Shown one piece after another: positions 47,915-57,883 of a stretch of 64,000 nucleotides of DNA. The notes beneath the pieces are model-generated. The model did not search any database, had not been told where the DNA came from, and saw only the letters and a program-made list of their open reading frames with translations. Position 1 is the first letter of the stretch; each line of letters begins with the position of its first letter. The position numbers and the translations under genes are program-made. The stretch is from an uncultured Acidobacteriota bacterium (lineage in GTDB: Bacteria > Acidobacteriota > Vicinamibacteria > Fen-336), in contig OY970399.1 in the NCBI GenBank assembly GCA_963720545.1, positions 1,440,001-1,504,000 on the forward strand, given 5' to 3'.

Positions 47915-48655
47915 TCAAACTCCCTTCAGCAGCGCGATGTACTCCCTGACCACCGGTTGCAACCCGTGGAAGAGGGCGCGGCTCATCAGCGCGTGGCCGA
48001 TCGACACCTCGTCTAGGTGCGGCAGGTAGCGGAACAGGAACAGGTTGTCGAGGTCGAGGTCGTGGCCGGCGTTCACGCCCATGCCGAGTTCGTGCGCCAG
48101 GGTCGCGGCCGCCACGTAACCGGCGAACGCGCGGCGAGCGGCGCCCTGGCCCGCCGCGTGAGCGCGCGCGTAAGGCTCGGTGTAGAGCTCGACGCGGTCG
48201 GCGCCCTGCGCATGGGCGAAGCGCACGGCCTCTTCGCTCGGCGCGACGAACAGGCTGACGCGCACCCCCGCGGCGCGCAGCGCCGCCACGCCCGCAGCCA
48301 GGTTCGGTGGCGCCAGCTGCGGGTTCCAGCCCTGGTGGCTCGTGACCTCGCCGGCGCTCACCGGCACCAGCGTGCACTGGTCGGGCTTGACCTCGTGCAC
48401 CAGCGCCAGCAGCGCATCGCGCGGGTCGCCTTCGATGTTGAGCTCGACGCGGCTGCGCCACGGCAGCAGCTCCGCGGCGATCTCGCGCACGTCGGCGGCG
48501 CGGATGTGGCGCTCGTCGCCGCGCGGGTGCACGGTTATCCCCGGAGCGCCCGCCTGCAGGCAGGCGCGCACCGCCTCCAGCACCGAGGGCACGGCACCGC
48601 CGCGCGAGTTGCGCAGCGTCGCCACCTTGTTGACGTTGACGCTCAGACGCACCAT
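47915..48655 (-). CDS. pdxJ: Pyridoxine 5'-phosphate synthase
   Basis: LSVNVNKVATLRNSR, ITVHPR.DERHI, NIEG, VELYT, NAGHDL and EVSIGH. Confidence 0.95.
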   Translation of the reverse strand: MVRLSVNVNKVATLRNSRGGAVPSVLEAVRACLQAGAPGITVHPRGDERHIRAADVREIAAELLPWRSRVELNIEGDPRDALLALVHEVKPDQCTLVPVSAGEVTSHQGWNPQLAPPNLAAGVAALRAAGVRVSLFVAPSEEAVRFAHAQGADRVELYTEPYARAHAAGQGAARRAFAGYVAAATLAHELGMGVNAGHDLDLDNLFLFRYLPHLDEVSIGHALMSRALFHGLQPVVREYIALLKGV

Positions 48656-48670
48656 GCCGCGCGGACGCTC

Positions 48671-49492
48671 CTAGAAAAGGCGCAGCTGGGCGTGCCGTGG
48701 CGAAGGCGCGCTGCGCGCCACGGCCAGTTCGATCCAGCCGGTGCCTTCGGGGGCGCAGGTCTCGACCGCGACCGCGCCGCGGCCGGCGCGCACCAGCGCC
48801 GACACCGCCGAACGCAGTGCCAGCGTCGGCAGGTTGTTGTGCTGCGAGAGGTGCGCGAGCACCAGGTGCTGCGCGTGGCGGCCAAGCGATGCCGTGAGAT
48901 AGCGCGCCACCGCTGCGTTCGAGACGTGCCCGATCGGTCCGCGGATCCGTTCCTTCAGCGCCCATGGGTACGAGCCGCCGTCGAGCATGCCTGCGTCGTA
49001 GTTCGATTCCATCAGGACCGCGGTGCAGTCGGCGAAGGCCGCGGCGAGCCGCGGTGTGACGTGGCCGAAGTCGGTGGCGTGCCCGAGACTGTGGCCGCCG
49101 CAGGAGACGACGAAGGCCACCGGCTCGGCGGCGTCGTGCGGCACTGCGACCGCCTCCACCTCGAGATTGCCGATGTAGCGCGGCTTGCCCGCCGCCAGCA
49201 CGTCATAGCCTGCGATCGCCGCGGCACCGAGGCCGGCGGCGGCATATGTCCCGCGCGTGCCGGCGATCCGAGCACCCCACTTCGCCGAGAAGGACGCGGC
49301 GCCGCGCACGTGGTCGACGTGCTCGTGCGACACCAGGATCGCCTCGATCGACGCGGGGTCGATGCCCACGGCGAGAAGCCGCAGCGCCAGCGTGCGCGGC
49401 CCGAGGCCCGCGTCGATCAGGAGCCGCGTGCCGCCCGCTTCCACGACCGTGGCGTTGCCGGTGCTGCCCGAACCGAGGACGCGGAAGCGCAT
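48671..49492 (-). CDS. MBL-fold metallo-hydrolase (YycJ/WalJ-like)
   Basis: LGSGSTGN, IDAG, SHEHVDH, PHDA, ESNYD, GHVSN and LAHLS. Confidence 0.9.
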   Translation of the reverse strand: MRFRVLGSGSTGNATVVEAGGTRLLIDAGLGPRTLALRLLAVGIDPASIEAILVSHEHVDHVRGAASFSAKWGARIAGTRGTYAAAGLGAAAIAGYDVLAAGKPRYIGNLEVEAVAVPHDAAEPVAFVVSCGGHSLGHATDFGHVTPRLAAAFADCTAVLMESNYDAGMLDGGSYPWALKERIRGPIGHVSNAAVARYLTASLGRHAQHLVLAHLSQHNNLPTLALRSAVSALVRAGRGAVAVETCAPEGTGWIELAVARSAPSPRHAQLRLF

Positions 49493-49493
49493 G

Positions 49494-50750
49494 CTAGTGC
49501 CGCAGCCAGGACGCCTTCGGCTTCCAGCGCTTGAGGTTGCCGACGACAGTCGCGGCCGGCGGCCGGGCGAACAGCTCGTTCGCGACGCGCGCGATGTCGG
49601 CCTCGCCCACCGCTTCGATGCCGGAAAGCACCTCGTCGAGGCTGAGCTGGCGGCCGTGATAGATCTCCTGGCGCGCCAGCTGGCTCATGCGGCTGCCGGT
49701 GCTCTCGAGCGAGAGCATGATGCTGCCCTTCAGCTGGTCCTTGGCGCGGCGCAGCTCCGCCGCCGGCACCGGCTCCTCGCGCAGGCGCCGCAGTTCGAGG
49801 AGGGTCAGCTGCACCACCTGCTCGAGGCTCGCGAGGCTGGTGCCGGCGTAGATCGTGAGCTGGCCGGCATCGGCGTACGACGCGACGCCCGATGAGATCG
49901 AATAGACGAGGCCGCGCTTCTCGCGCACGTTCTGGAACAGCCGCGACGACATCGAGCCGCCGAGGATGTTGTTGAGCACGTACACGACGTAGCGGTCGGG
50001 ATGGCTGTAGGAATAGGACGGCGTGCCGAGGCAGAGGTGCACCTGCTCCAGTTCCTTCTTGGAGCGCGTCACCACCCGCGTCGCCACCGCCGGCGGGCCG
50101 CCGTTCACCGCCGTTGCGCCGCGCTCGAGCGGCCCGAAGTGCCGCCGCACCAGCGCCGCGGTCGCTTCGTGGTCGAGATGGCCGGCCGCGGAGATCACCA
50201 GGTTCTCGGGGCGGTAGGTTTCGCGGAAAAACCGCTCGAGGTGATGGCGCTTGAACTTCCCGACGCTGGTGCGGGTGCCGAGGATGGGCCGGCCAAGCGG
50301 GTGCCGCGGCCAGAAGCTCTGCGTGAACAACTCCATCACGAGGTCGTCGGGGGTGTCCTCGACCATCCCCATCTCCTCGAAGATGACCTTCTTCTCCTTG
50401 CCCATCTCGACAGGATCGAAGAGCGGATTGCGGACGATGTCGCCGAGGATGTCGGCCGCCAGCGGCAGGTGCTCGTCCAGCACCTTCAGGTGAAAGGCCG
50501 CGTACTCCTTCGAGGTGAAGGCGTCCATGTTGCCGCCGATGGCGTCGACTTCGGAAGCGATCGCCTCGGCCGAGCGGTTGGTGGTGCCCTTGAAGACCAT
50601 GTGCTCGATGAAATGCGCGATGCCGGACTGGGCGGCCGATTCGTGGCGGCTGCCGCGCTTCAGCCAGACGCCGACCGCGACCGAGCGCACGTGCGGCATG
50701 CGCTCGGTGAGCAGCGTCAGGCCGTTGTCGAGGGTTTCCCGGACGATCAT
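49494..50750 (-). CDS. M16 family zinc peptidase
   Basis: HFIEHMVFKGT inverted zinc motif; AFTSKE, LGGSMSSRLFQNVRE and GLVYSI. Confidence 0.93.
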   Translation of the reverse strand: MIVRETLDNGLTLLTERMPHVRSVAVGVWLKRGSRHESAAQSGIAHFIEHMVFKGTTNRSAEAIASEVDAIGGNMDAFTSKEYAAFHLKVLDEHLPLAADILGDIVRNPLFDPVEMGKEKKVIFEEMGMVEDTPDDLVMELFTQSFWPRHPLGRPILGTRTSVGKFKRHHLERFFRETYRPENLVISAAGHLDHEATAALVRRHFGPLERGATAVNGGPPAVATRVVTRSKKELEQVHLCLGTPSYSYSHPDRYVVYVLNNILGGSMSSRLFQNVREKRGLVYSISSGVASYADAGQLTIYAGTSLASLEQVVQLTLLELRRLREEPVPAAELRRAKDQLKGSIMLSLESTGSRMSQLARQEIYHGRQLSLDEVLSGIEAVGEADIARVANELFARPPAATVVGNLKRWKPKASWLRH

Positions 50751-50853
50751 CGGGATGGCTTTTGCAAAGTGCGCTCGAAGGTAACACGCGCCGCGCACCG
50801 CCGCCAGCAGCGACTGTTGTCGGCGCCTCAGCGGCATGCAAAGATCCGCTGCC

Positions 50854-51711
50854 ATGAAGGCCATTGCCTTGACCGTTGCCCTGCTTTTGCCCGCCGCGCC
50901 GGCGCTCGCGCAAAGCGAAGCCGCGCTCAGGGACGCCTTCGAGGGCCGCACTGTGGTGCTGAGGATCGCGATGCCCGGGACCGCGGCGGGCGTGGACGTC
51001 TGGCCGGACGAACCGCGCGCCATCGAGTTCAGCAAGCACGGTGAGCGCCTCAAGCAGTACGGCACGGCACTGAGCGCCGGACAGAGCGCGATGGTCACCA
51101 AGGTCAAGGTGAAGGACAAGTTGATCGAGTTCCAGCTGGACGGCGGCGGCTACGGCACCTTCGGCGACGACACCAGCACCTCGAGCTACGTCCCGTCTAC
51201 CGGCAAGTCGCGCCGCGAGGAAGACCTCGACCGCGAGATCAAGCGCGAGACCGACCGCGACCGCAGGCGCTCGCTGGAGCGCGAACGCGACCGGTTGCGC
51301 GACGACCGCAACCGCCGCGACGCCGAGAACCGCAACATCGCCGAGGCCAACTCGGCCATCAAGTCCGCGGCGGTCGCCGACAAGCGGCTGCGCGGCGGCA
51401 GCCGCTTCAACATCAACTACCGGCTCGGCACGCCGGACGCAGCGCTCTACCCGCAGGCGGTGATCGAAGCGCTCGCGCAGTTCGTCGACTTCGGCCCGGG
51501 CACGCCGGGCGGGGGCAACGGCGCACGGCCGTCAGGGGAAGGCGGCCGCGCGGACAAAGCGGACCTGAAACCCGGCATGACGCCGCTCGAGGTGATGGAC
51601 ACGCTCGGCAAGCCCGATCGCGAAGTCGCGTTCGGCAACACCGTGAAGTGGACCTACCCCGACCTCACGGTGATCTTCGAGAACGGCCGGCTCAAGGAAG
51701 TGAAGTTCTAG
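50854..51711 (+). CDS. Secreted hypothetical protein with R/D/E-rich coiled coil and C-terminal SmpA/OmlA-like module
   Basis: Signal peptide ALA-Q; charged helix; LKPGMT..EV..TLGKP...W.Y. Confidence 0.7.
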   Translation: MKAIALTVALLLPAAPALAQSEAALRDAFEGRTVVLRIAMPGTAAGVDVWPDEPRAIEFSKHGERLKQYGTALSAGQSAMVTKVKVKDKLIEFQLDGGGYGTFGDDTSTSSYVPSTGKSRREEDLDREIKRETDRDRRRSLERERDRLRDDRNRRDAENRNIAEANSAIKSAAVADKRLRGGSRFNINYRLGTPDAALYPQAVIEALAQFVDFGPGTPGGGNGARPSGEGGRADKADLKPGMTPLEVMDTLGKPDREVAFGNTVKWTYPDLTVIFENGRLKEVKF

Positions 51712-52672
51712 TTTCCGGCAGCACGTCCTCGACCGCTTTCAGGATCGCGCGCCCGGCAATGCGGTGCGCCACCTCGTTCGGGTGCTCGTCGGCGACACCG
51801 TCCACCACCAGCAGGTCCCAGCGCAGCCCGCGGTAGGCCGGCAGCAGGTCGAGGACGCTGGCGCCGGCCGCCGCCGCCGCCGCCGCCACCCTGGCGTGCA
51901 GCGCGTCGAACGGGTAGCGGTCGTCGAGCGGCCCGCCGAAGAGCGGAAAGATCGCGACCACGAACGGCACGCCGCGCCGCCGGCACTCGCCGCCGATCTC
52001 CTGCAGCGCCTTCTGCGCGCCGCGCCATCCCGGCGCGGCGTCGCGATAAAGCGAGAGGTAGTTGGCGACGCGCTGCCGGCTCTCGCGCGTCGCGCGCAGC
52101 CGCTGCAGCACCAGTGAAATGACGGCCGAGCGTTCGAAAAAGCCCCGCGGCGCCGCCGCGCGCTGCTCCGCCAGCCAGCGCTGGGCGCGGCGCGACTCGG
52201 CGTCGTGACCGTCTTCGCTGTCGTTGAGGACGTACGCGAGCACGACCACGTCCGGCTGGTAGCGAAAGCCTTCGGTGAGCAGCGCGTTCTGCTCGTCGCG
52301 CGTGCCGAACCCCGGCTGCGACAGGTTGACGACCTCGTAGTCGCCGCCGCGTTCGCGGCGCAGGGCGCGCTCGAGGTGCTCGGCCCAGGTGTCGTCCCAC
52401 TCGACGCCCGCCCCCCAGGTGAAGGAGTCGCCGAGCACGACGATGCGCGTGGTTCCCGCCGGCTTCGCGAGCGCATGATCAAGATCGCGGTAGCCGGCGG
52501 CATTGACCGGTCCGCGGGCGCGGCGGCTGGTGTCGGTGTTCACCCGCGGATAGCCGCTGGGACTGCGCGCCGCCGCGCCGCTGACGCGCACACCCGTCTC
52601 GAGGAGGACGAACCCCGCCAGGAGGCCCGCTGCGGCCAGGCAGAGCTCCCCGGTCTTGGCGCCCACCAACAC
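51692..52672 (-). CDS. SGNH/GDSL hydrolase, membrane-anchored
   Basis: VLGDSFTWG, VVN, PDVVV...ND and DEHPN. Confidence 0.88.
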   Translation of the reverse strand: MLVGAKTGELCLAAAGLLAGFVLLETGVRVSGAAARSPSGYPRVNTDTSRRARGPVNAAGYRDLDHALAKPAGTTRIVVLGDSFTWGAGVEWDDTWAEHLERALRRERGGDYEVVNLSQPGFGTRDEQNALLTEGFRYQPDVVVLAYVLNDSEDGHDAESRRAQRWLAEQRAAAPRGFFERSAVISLVLQRLRATRESRQRVANYLSLYRDAAPGWRGAQKALQEIGGECRRRGVPFVVAIFPLFGGPLDDRYPFDALHARVAAAAAAAGASVLDLLPAYRGLRWDLLVVDGVADEHPNEVAHRIAGRAILKAVEDVLPETRTSLP

Positions 52673-52768
52673 GCGGGGTCATCATATAAGGAGGATTGTT
52701 CCGGGGTATGCTGCCCCGGCCTGGCCCCCCGCACCTGTACTCATGGAACGTCCTTGCTCTTGCGCTCG

Positions 52769-54271
52769 ATGAACCTTCGGCCGGCGGCGGCCGGTCTCGT
52801 CTTATTGATGGGGTTCATGCCCCCGCTCGCCCATGCGCAGACGCCGGAGACGCCGCAGTATCCGCTGCCCAGCCAGGACGATTTCGACCCTCAGGGCCGC
52901 AACGGCACGGTCCTCGGCTCCGGCGCCCGGGCGCTCGGCATGGGCGGTGCGTTTTTGGCGCGCGCCGACGACGCGACTGCCGCGTCCTGGAACCCGGCTG
53001 GGCTGAGCTACCTGCGGCGCCCCGAGCTTTCGGTGGCCGGCGCGCACAGCTCGTTCGACCGTTTCGATGTCGGCCCGCGTCAGGACGACAGGAGCCGCGG
53101 CGCCTCACCGGACTTCGCCTCGCTCGCGTACCCGATCTCGTTCGGTTCCGCATCGGGCGCCGTTCAGGTGAGCTTCCAGCGCGCGGTCTCGCTCGACTTC
53201 ACCCGCTCGATCCAGCGCCCTGGCGTACCTCCCACGAACGAGACGCCCGTCATCCCGGCGCTCGACAGCCACTATCGCAGCGTCGGCGGGTTCGACACCT
53301 TGTCGCTCGGCACCGGGATCCGCGTGTCGTCGAAGGTGCGGCTCGGTTTCACCTACAACCGCTGGTTCAATCATTTCTCCCTCGAGACGGCGCGCGACCT
53401 GACACGCGGCGACGCGCTGGCGAATACCTCGGTGCAGTTCACCAAGCTGAGCCTCAAAGGCTGGAACGTGAACCTCGGCGCGATCTATTCGCCGATCGAG
53501 GCTGTCAACGTGGGCGCGGTGGTCAAGACTTCCTACAACGCGAGCGGCAAGCTGTTTCGTACGCGCCTCGATTCGGGTTTCGGCACCACCGGCGCCACCA
53601 CCCGCCAGACGAAGATTCGCCCGCTCGACGAGGAAACCCAGGCCGCGGACGACCCGCTCGCCGGACCGGTGCAGTTGCATTGGCCGTTGGCGGTCGGGCT
53701 CGGCGTGTCGTGGCGGCCCTACGGGCGGCTGACCGTCGCGCTCGACTTCACACGCACCTACTGGTCGGGGTCGGAGATCGACAACTACTTCCTGCTGCGG
53801 CGGGGAGGCGGCGACAACAACAACGAAGGCAACAATCCGAACGATCTCGACTACGGCCTGATCCGCGACCCGGTCACGGGCAAGCGCGGACTGCCACTCC
53901 CCTATCCCAACCTCGACCTCGTCGGCACCTCGCTGCAGCAGGATTCGCAGCAGCTGCGGGCGGGCATCGAGTACGTCTTCCTCGTGGGCCAACTGCGCCT
54001 GCCGCTGCGCGCCGGCTACTTCAGGGACGGACAGAATTTTCCCGCAACGGTGATCCGCAACGACGACGCCAACCGCTCGGTGCGCTCGTTCACCGAGGCG
54101 CCAACCTTCAGCGGCGTCACCTTCGGGTTCGGCGTGGTTGCCGGCAACACGCTGTTCGACGTGGCCCACATCTACGAGGAGGGCCGCCATATCGGCAACT
54201 CCGGCGCCGTCCGCACCGGCTCGCACCGTACGCTCGTGTCGGTGATCTTCCGGTTCGGTACGCCAAGATGA
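52769..54271 (+). CDS. OmpP1/FadL-like outer-membrane protein
   Basis: GSGARALGMGGAFLARADDATAASWNPAGL; beta strands. Confidence 0.82.
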   Translation: MNLRPAAAGLVLLMGFMPPLAHAQTPETPQYPLPSQDDFDPQGRNGTVLGSGARALGMGGAFLARADDATAASWNPAGLSYLRRPELSVAGAHSSFDRFDVGPRQDDRSRGASPDFASLAYPISFGSASGAVQVSFQRAVSLDFTRSIQRPGVPPTNETPVIPALDSHYRSVGGFDTLSLGTGIRVSSKVRLGFTYNRWFNHFSLETARDLTRGDALANTSVQFTKLSLKGWNVNLGAIYSPIEAVNVGAVVKTSYNASGKLFRTRLDSGFGTTGATTRQTKIRPLDEETQAADDPLAGPVQLHWPLAVGLGVSWRPYGRLTVALDFTRTYWSGSEIDNYFLLRRGGGDNNNEGNNPNDLDYGLIRDPVTGKRGLPLPYPNLDLVGTSLQQDSQQLRAGIEYVFLVGQLRLPLRAGYFRDGQNFPATVIRNDDANRSVRSFTEAPTFSGVTFGFGVVAGNTLFDVAHIYEEGRHIGNSGAVRTGSHRTLVSVIFRFGTPR

Positions 54272-55608
54272 GGGCGATAGCGCGCACCGCCACGGCGACG
54301 GCAATGACACTGCAATTTGCCTTTTGGCCGGCACCCGCCTCGCAAGCGGCGAGCGACATCGATCCGCGCATCACGGCGATCGTGTCGTCGGTGTCGGCTG
54401 AGCGGCTGGCCGCGACCCTGAGGAAGCTCGAGTCGTTCGAGACGCGCCACTTGCTGTCGTCCACCACCGCGCCGAACCGCGGCATCGGCGCGGCGCGCGA
54501 GTGGATTCGCGCGGAGATGGCGGGCTACAGCAACAAGCTGCAGGTGACGTTCGACACCTATGACGTGCTGAAGCAGGGCGAGCGGGTGATGCGCGACGTC
54601 GAGCTGCGCAACGTGGTGGCGATCCTGCCAGGTCGATCGCCGCGGCGCCTGTACGTGAGCGGGCACTACGACAGCGTGGCGCGCAAGCCGGGCAGCGCCA
54701 CCTTCGACTGGGCCGACGCCGAGGGCAGGGCGCCCGGGGTCAACGACGACGGCAGCGGCACCGCGCTCACCATGGAACTCGCGCGCGTGTTCGCGACCAG
54801 CGGCACCAACTTCGACGCGACGCTGGTGTTCGTCGCATTCGCCGGCGAGGAGCAGGGGCTGATCGGCGCGAAACTGCACGCGCAGCGCGCTGCGCAGGAG
54901 AAGTGGCCGGTCGAGGCGGTCCTCAACAACGACATCGTCGGCAATCCCGACGGCGGCAACGGCGTCACCGATGCCGAGACGGTGCGGGTGTTCTCGGAGG
55001 GGCCGGAAGACTCGCCGTCACGCCAGGTGGCGCGCTACGTAAAGCGGCAGGCCGCGCGCTACGTGCCGGGGCACCGCGTCGAGCTGGTGGCGCGCCACGA
55101 CCGGTTCGGGAGGGGCGGCGACCACACCGCCTTCAACCAGCACGGCTTCGCCGGCGTGCGCTTCAGCGAGTCGAACGAGAACTACTCGCGCCAGCACACC
55201 GTGGACGACACCTTCGCCGGCGTCTCGCCTCGGTACCTGGCGCAAAACGCGCGCGTCAACGCCGCGGCGCTTGCCGGCATGGGCCTGGCGCCGCCGCCGC
55301 CCGCGACGAGCGGCGACGGCGGCCGGCCGCTTCTCGACCGCGGTGAGAGCGGTTACGACGCACGCCTGCGCTGGGCCGCGTCGCCCGGCGCCTCCGGCTA
55401 TCGCGTCTTCTGGCGGCGGGCGTGGACGCCCGACTGGGAATACGACGCGGCCATCGGCAACGTCACCGAGTGGCTGATGCCGAACGTGTCGATCGACGAC
55501 TACGTGTTCGGCGTGTGCGCATTGGGCGAGGGCGGCAACGAGAGCCGCGTGTCCGCATTCGTCAACCCGCTGCGCCCCGAGAGCACCGTCAAGACCCGCG
55601 AGCCTTGA
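54268..55608 (+). CDS. M28 family metallopeptidase with C-terminal FnIII-like domain
   Basis: SGHYDS, PGVNDDGSG, AGEEQGL, NNDIVG and GGDH. Confidence 0.9.
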   Translation: MRAIARTATATAMTLQFAFWPAPASQAASDIDPRITAIVSSVSAERLAATLRKLESFETRHLLSSTTAPNRGIGAAREWIRAEMAGYSNKLQVTFDTYDVLKQGERVMRDVELRNVVAILPGRSPRRLYVSGHYDSVARKPGSATFDWADAEGRAPGVNDDGSGTALTMELARVFATSGTNFDATLVFVAFAGEEQGLIGAKLHAQRAAQEKWPVEAVLNNDIVGNPDGGNGVTDAETVRVFSEGPEDSPSRQVARYVKRQAARYVPGHRVELVARHDRFGRGGDHTAFNQHGFAGVRFSESNENYSRQHTVDDTFAGVSPRYLAQNARVNAAALAGMGLAPPPPATSGDGGRPLLDRGESGYDARLRWAASPGASGYRVFWRRAWTPDWEYDAAIGNVTEWLMPNVSIDDYVFGVCALGEGGNESRVSAFVNPLRPESTVKTREP

Positions 55609-57449
55609 CGCGCGAGCCGCTCGCTTCCGTCGCCGAGGTTCGCGCCGAGCTGCGGCGGCTCGGTTATCTCGAAACCGGGCTCGACCGTTTCGTGCTCGGC
55701 GGTGCGGCGCGCACGCCGCTGCGCGCGTCGCTCGCCGCCGCGAGCCGCGTGGGCGTGGTCGGCGCGCTGGTACTCGGCGCCGGCCTGACGCTCGCCGCGG
55801 TTGGCCTCGACTCCCGCCTGCTGCAGCAGCCGCGCGACCTGTTCGTCCTGTTCCTGTACCTCGCTCTCGCCACGGGCGTGGCCGCAGCGCTGCTGGTGTT
55901 CCTCGGCGGCCTGGTGGCCGCGTTCCTCGCCCGGCGCACGGCGCGGCGTCACCATCCCGGGCCGCGCTTTGCCCGCAATGCCGGCCTGGTGCTGGGCGCG
56001 TGCGGTGCGCTGTACCTGGCGCTCTGGTGGCGTTCGCACCTGCCGGCGGCGACGCCGATGGCACGCGCCATAGCACTCGCGGTGGGTCTCGCTCTCGTGT
56101 TCCTGCTGGCGCGCTTCGGCACGCTCGCGGCGGTGGCCGTCACCTCCGCCGCGGGCATGAGCGGCAATCTCGAAGGCGCGCTGCTGACGCGGCGCCGCCT
56201 GCTGCCGCTGGCCGCGGCGGCGGCGCTCCTCTTCGGCGGCGCCGTCTATGCCGCGTCGTCGCTGGCCACGGCGCCAAAGGCTCCGCCCGATTTCGCCGTC
56301 ATCCCCACCGGCGCGCGCGTGCGACTCATCGGCATCGACGGCTTCGACCCCCGCATGGCCGGGCGGCTCGCGGCGCGCGGTGACCTGCCGCGATGGAGCG
56401 CGCTCGCCGCGACCTCGGCGCGGGCGCTGCTGCGCGCCGAGCCCGAGCAGGTGCCGGCGATCGTCTGGACCACCATCGCCACCGGCCGCGGACCCGAGGC
56501 GCACGGCATCGCGGCGCCCGGCGCACGCCGCGTCGCCGGCATGCGTACGCCGCTCGGCACCACGGCGCCCGGGCCGCTCGCGCAAGCCTTCGCCACCGCC
56601 ACCGACATCCTGCGCATAACCAGGCCGGCGGCGCCGAGCGACACGCTGCGCAGCGTCAAGACGTTCTGGAACGTCGCGGCCGACAAGGGCCTCTCGGCAG
56701 GTGTCGTCAACTGGTGGGCGACGTGGCCCGCGGAGACGAGCAACGGATATGTGGTCACCGACCGCGCGGTGATCCGCCTCGAGCGCGGCGGCGCGCCCGA
56801 CCGCGAGTTTGCACCGCAAGACCTGGCGCCGCGGCTTCGGCAGATCCTCGCCACAGCACCGGCGGATCCGGCACGCCGGCTCGACACGTTCGCGGTTGAG
56901 GCAGCGCTCGCGCTGCGCACGCCGAGCCTCGACGTCGAGGCGCTCTACCTGCCCGGACTCGACATCGCCACGAGCCAGAGCCTCGGCCTCGACAGCGCGC
57001 CGAGCAGCGACATAGCCTCGCTCGAAAGGCGCCTCGATGCGGTGCGCGGGCACTACCGCTTCGTTGACGAGCTGCTCGGCCGTTACGCGGCTTCGCTCGC
57101 TGCCGAGGACGTGCTGATGGTCGTCTGCGACCCCGGCCGGCTCGCACGCCGCGGCGGTGCGCCGGTGGACGGGATGCTGCTGCTGCGCGGCGCAGCGATT
57201 GTGCCGGGCGACCTGGGTACCGCGTCGGAGCGCGACATCGCACCCACGGCACTGGCACTCGTGGGCCTGCCGCGCAGCCGTGAACTGGGCGGCACGGTGC
57301 TGAGCGCGGCGTTCACGGAGGCATTCCGCAGCGCGCATCCGCAGCGCGAAGTCGAGAGTTATGGCCAGCGCTCGGTCTCGCGGCCCGCTGAGAGCGCCCT
57401 CGATCCAGCCGTGATCGAGGAACTGAAGAGCCTGGGGTACATCCAGTAA
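55605..57449 (+). CDS. Membrane protein with alkaline-phosphatase/NPP-fold domain, apparently degenerate active site
   Basis: About 5 TM helices, then IGIDG, WTTIATG, VVNWWATWPAE, DIAPT and LKSLGYI. Confidence 0.8.
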   Translation: MTREPLASVAEVRAELRRLGYLETGLDRFVLGGAARTPLRASLAAASRVGVVGALVLGAGLTLAAVGLDSRLLQQPRDLFVLFLYLALATGVAAALLVFLGGLVAAFLARRTARRHHPGPRFARNAGLVLGACGALYLALWWRSHLPAATPMARAIALAVGLALVFLLARFGTLAAVAVTSAAGMSGNLEGALLTRRRLLPLAAAAALLFGGAVYAASSLATAPKAPPDFAVIPTGARVRLIGIDGFDPRMAGRLAARGDLPRWSALAATSARALLRAEPEQVPAIVWTTIATGRGPEAHGIAAPGARRVAGMRTPLGTTAPGPLAQAFATATDILRITRPAAPSDTLRSVKTFWNVAADKGLSAGVVNWWATWPAETSNGYVVTDRAVIRLERGGAPDREFAPQDLAPRLRQILATAPADPARRLDTFAVEAALALRTPSLDVEALYLPGLDIATSQSLGLDSAPSSDIASLERRLDAVRGHYRFVDELLGRYAASLAAEDVLMVVCDPGRLARRGGAPVDGMLLLRGAAIVPGDLGTASERDIAPTALALVGLPRSRELGGTVLSAAFTEAFRSAHPQREVESYGQRSVSRPAESALDPAVIEELKSLGYIQ

Positions 57450-57457
57450 GGCAGGCG

Positions 57458-57853
57458 TCAGGCCGCGGGCGGCTCTGCGTCGGGATTCCGCGCATAGACG
57501 CGCACCACGTCGTGGCGCCGCAGCATCACCTCACCAGCCGGCGCGCCGCGGCGCTTCGAGACCTCGCCGGCGAAGCACGTGTGCACCTCGATCTTGCCCT
57601 GGCGGGTGCGCGACTTCGAATGCCACGCCGCCAGCTGCGCGGCCCTCTCGAGCACGTCTTTCGGGAGCTTTTCCAGGCCGTCCGGGTTGCGCACCACAAC
57701 GTGGCTGCCGGGCGTGCCCGCTACGTGCATCCAGAAGTCGCGCGGCTTCGCGACCTTCAGGCTGAGCTGGTCGTTGGCGGCGGCGCCGCGGCCCACCAGC
57801 ACCTCGAAGCCGCCAACGTCAAAAGTCCGGAAACTGTTACTGTTCGTGGTCAC
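57458..57853 (-). CDS. Stand-alone NFACT RNA-binding (DUF814) domain protein
   Basis: LVGR....NDQL, DFWMH...PGSHVV and AAQLAAWHSK; start GTG 57853 or ATG 57862. Confidence 0.87.
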   Translation of the reverse strand: MTTNSNSFRTFDVGGFEVLVGRGAAANDQLSLKVAKPRDFWMHVAGTPGSHVVVRNPDGLEKLPKDVLERAAQLAAWHSKSRTRQGKIEVHTCFAGEVSKRRGAPAGEVMLRRHDVVRVYARNPDAEPPAA

Positions 57854-57883
57854 CGCCGCCATCCTAATCAAAGGAATGAAAAC

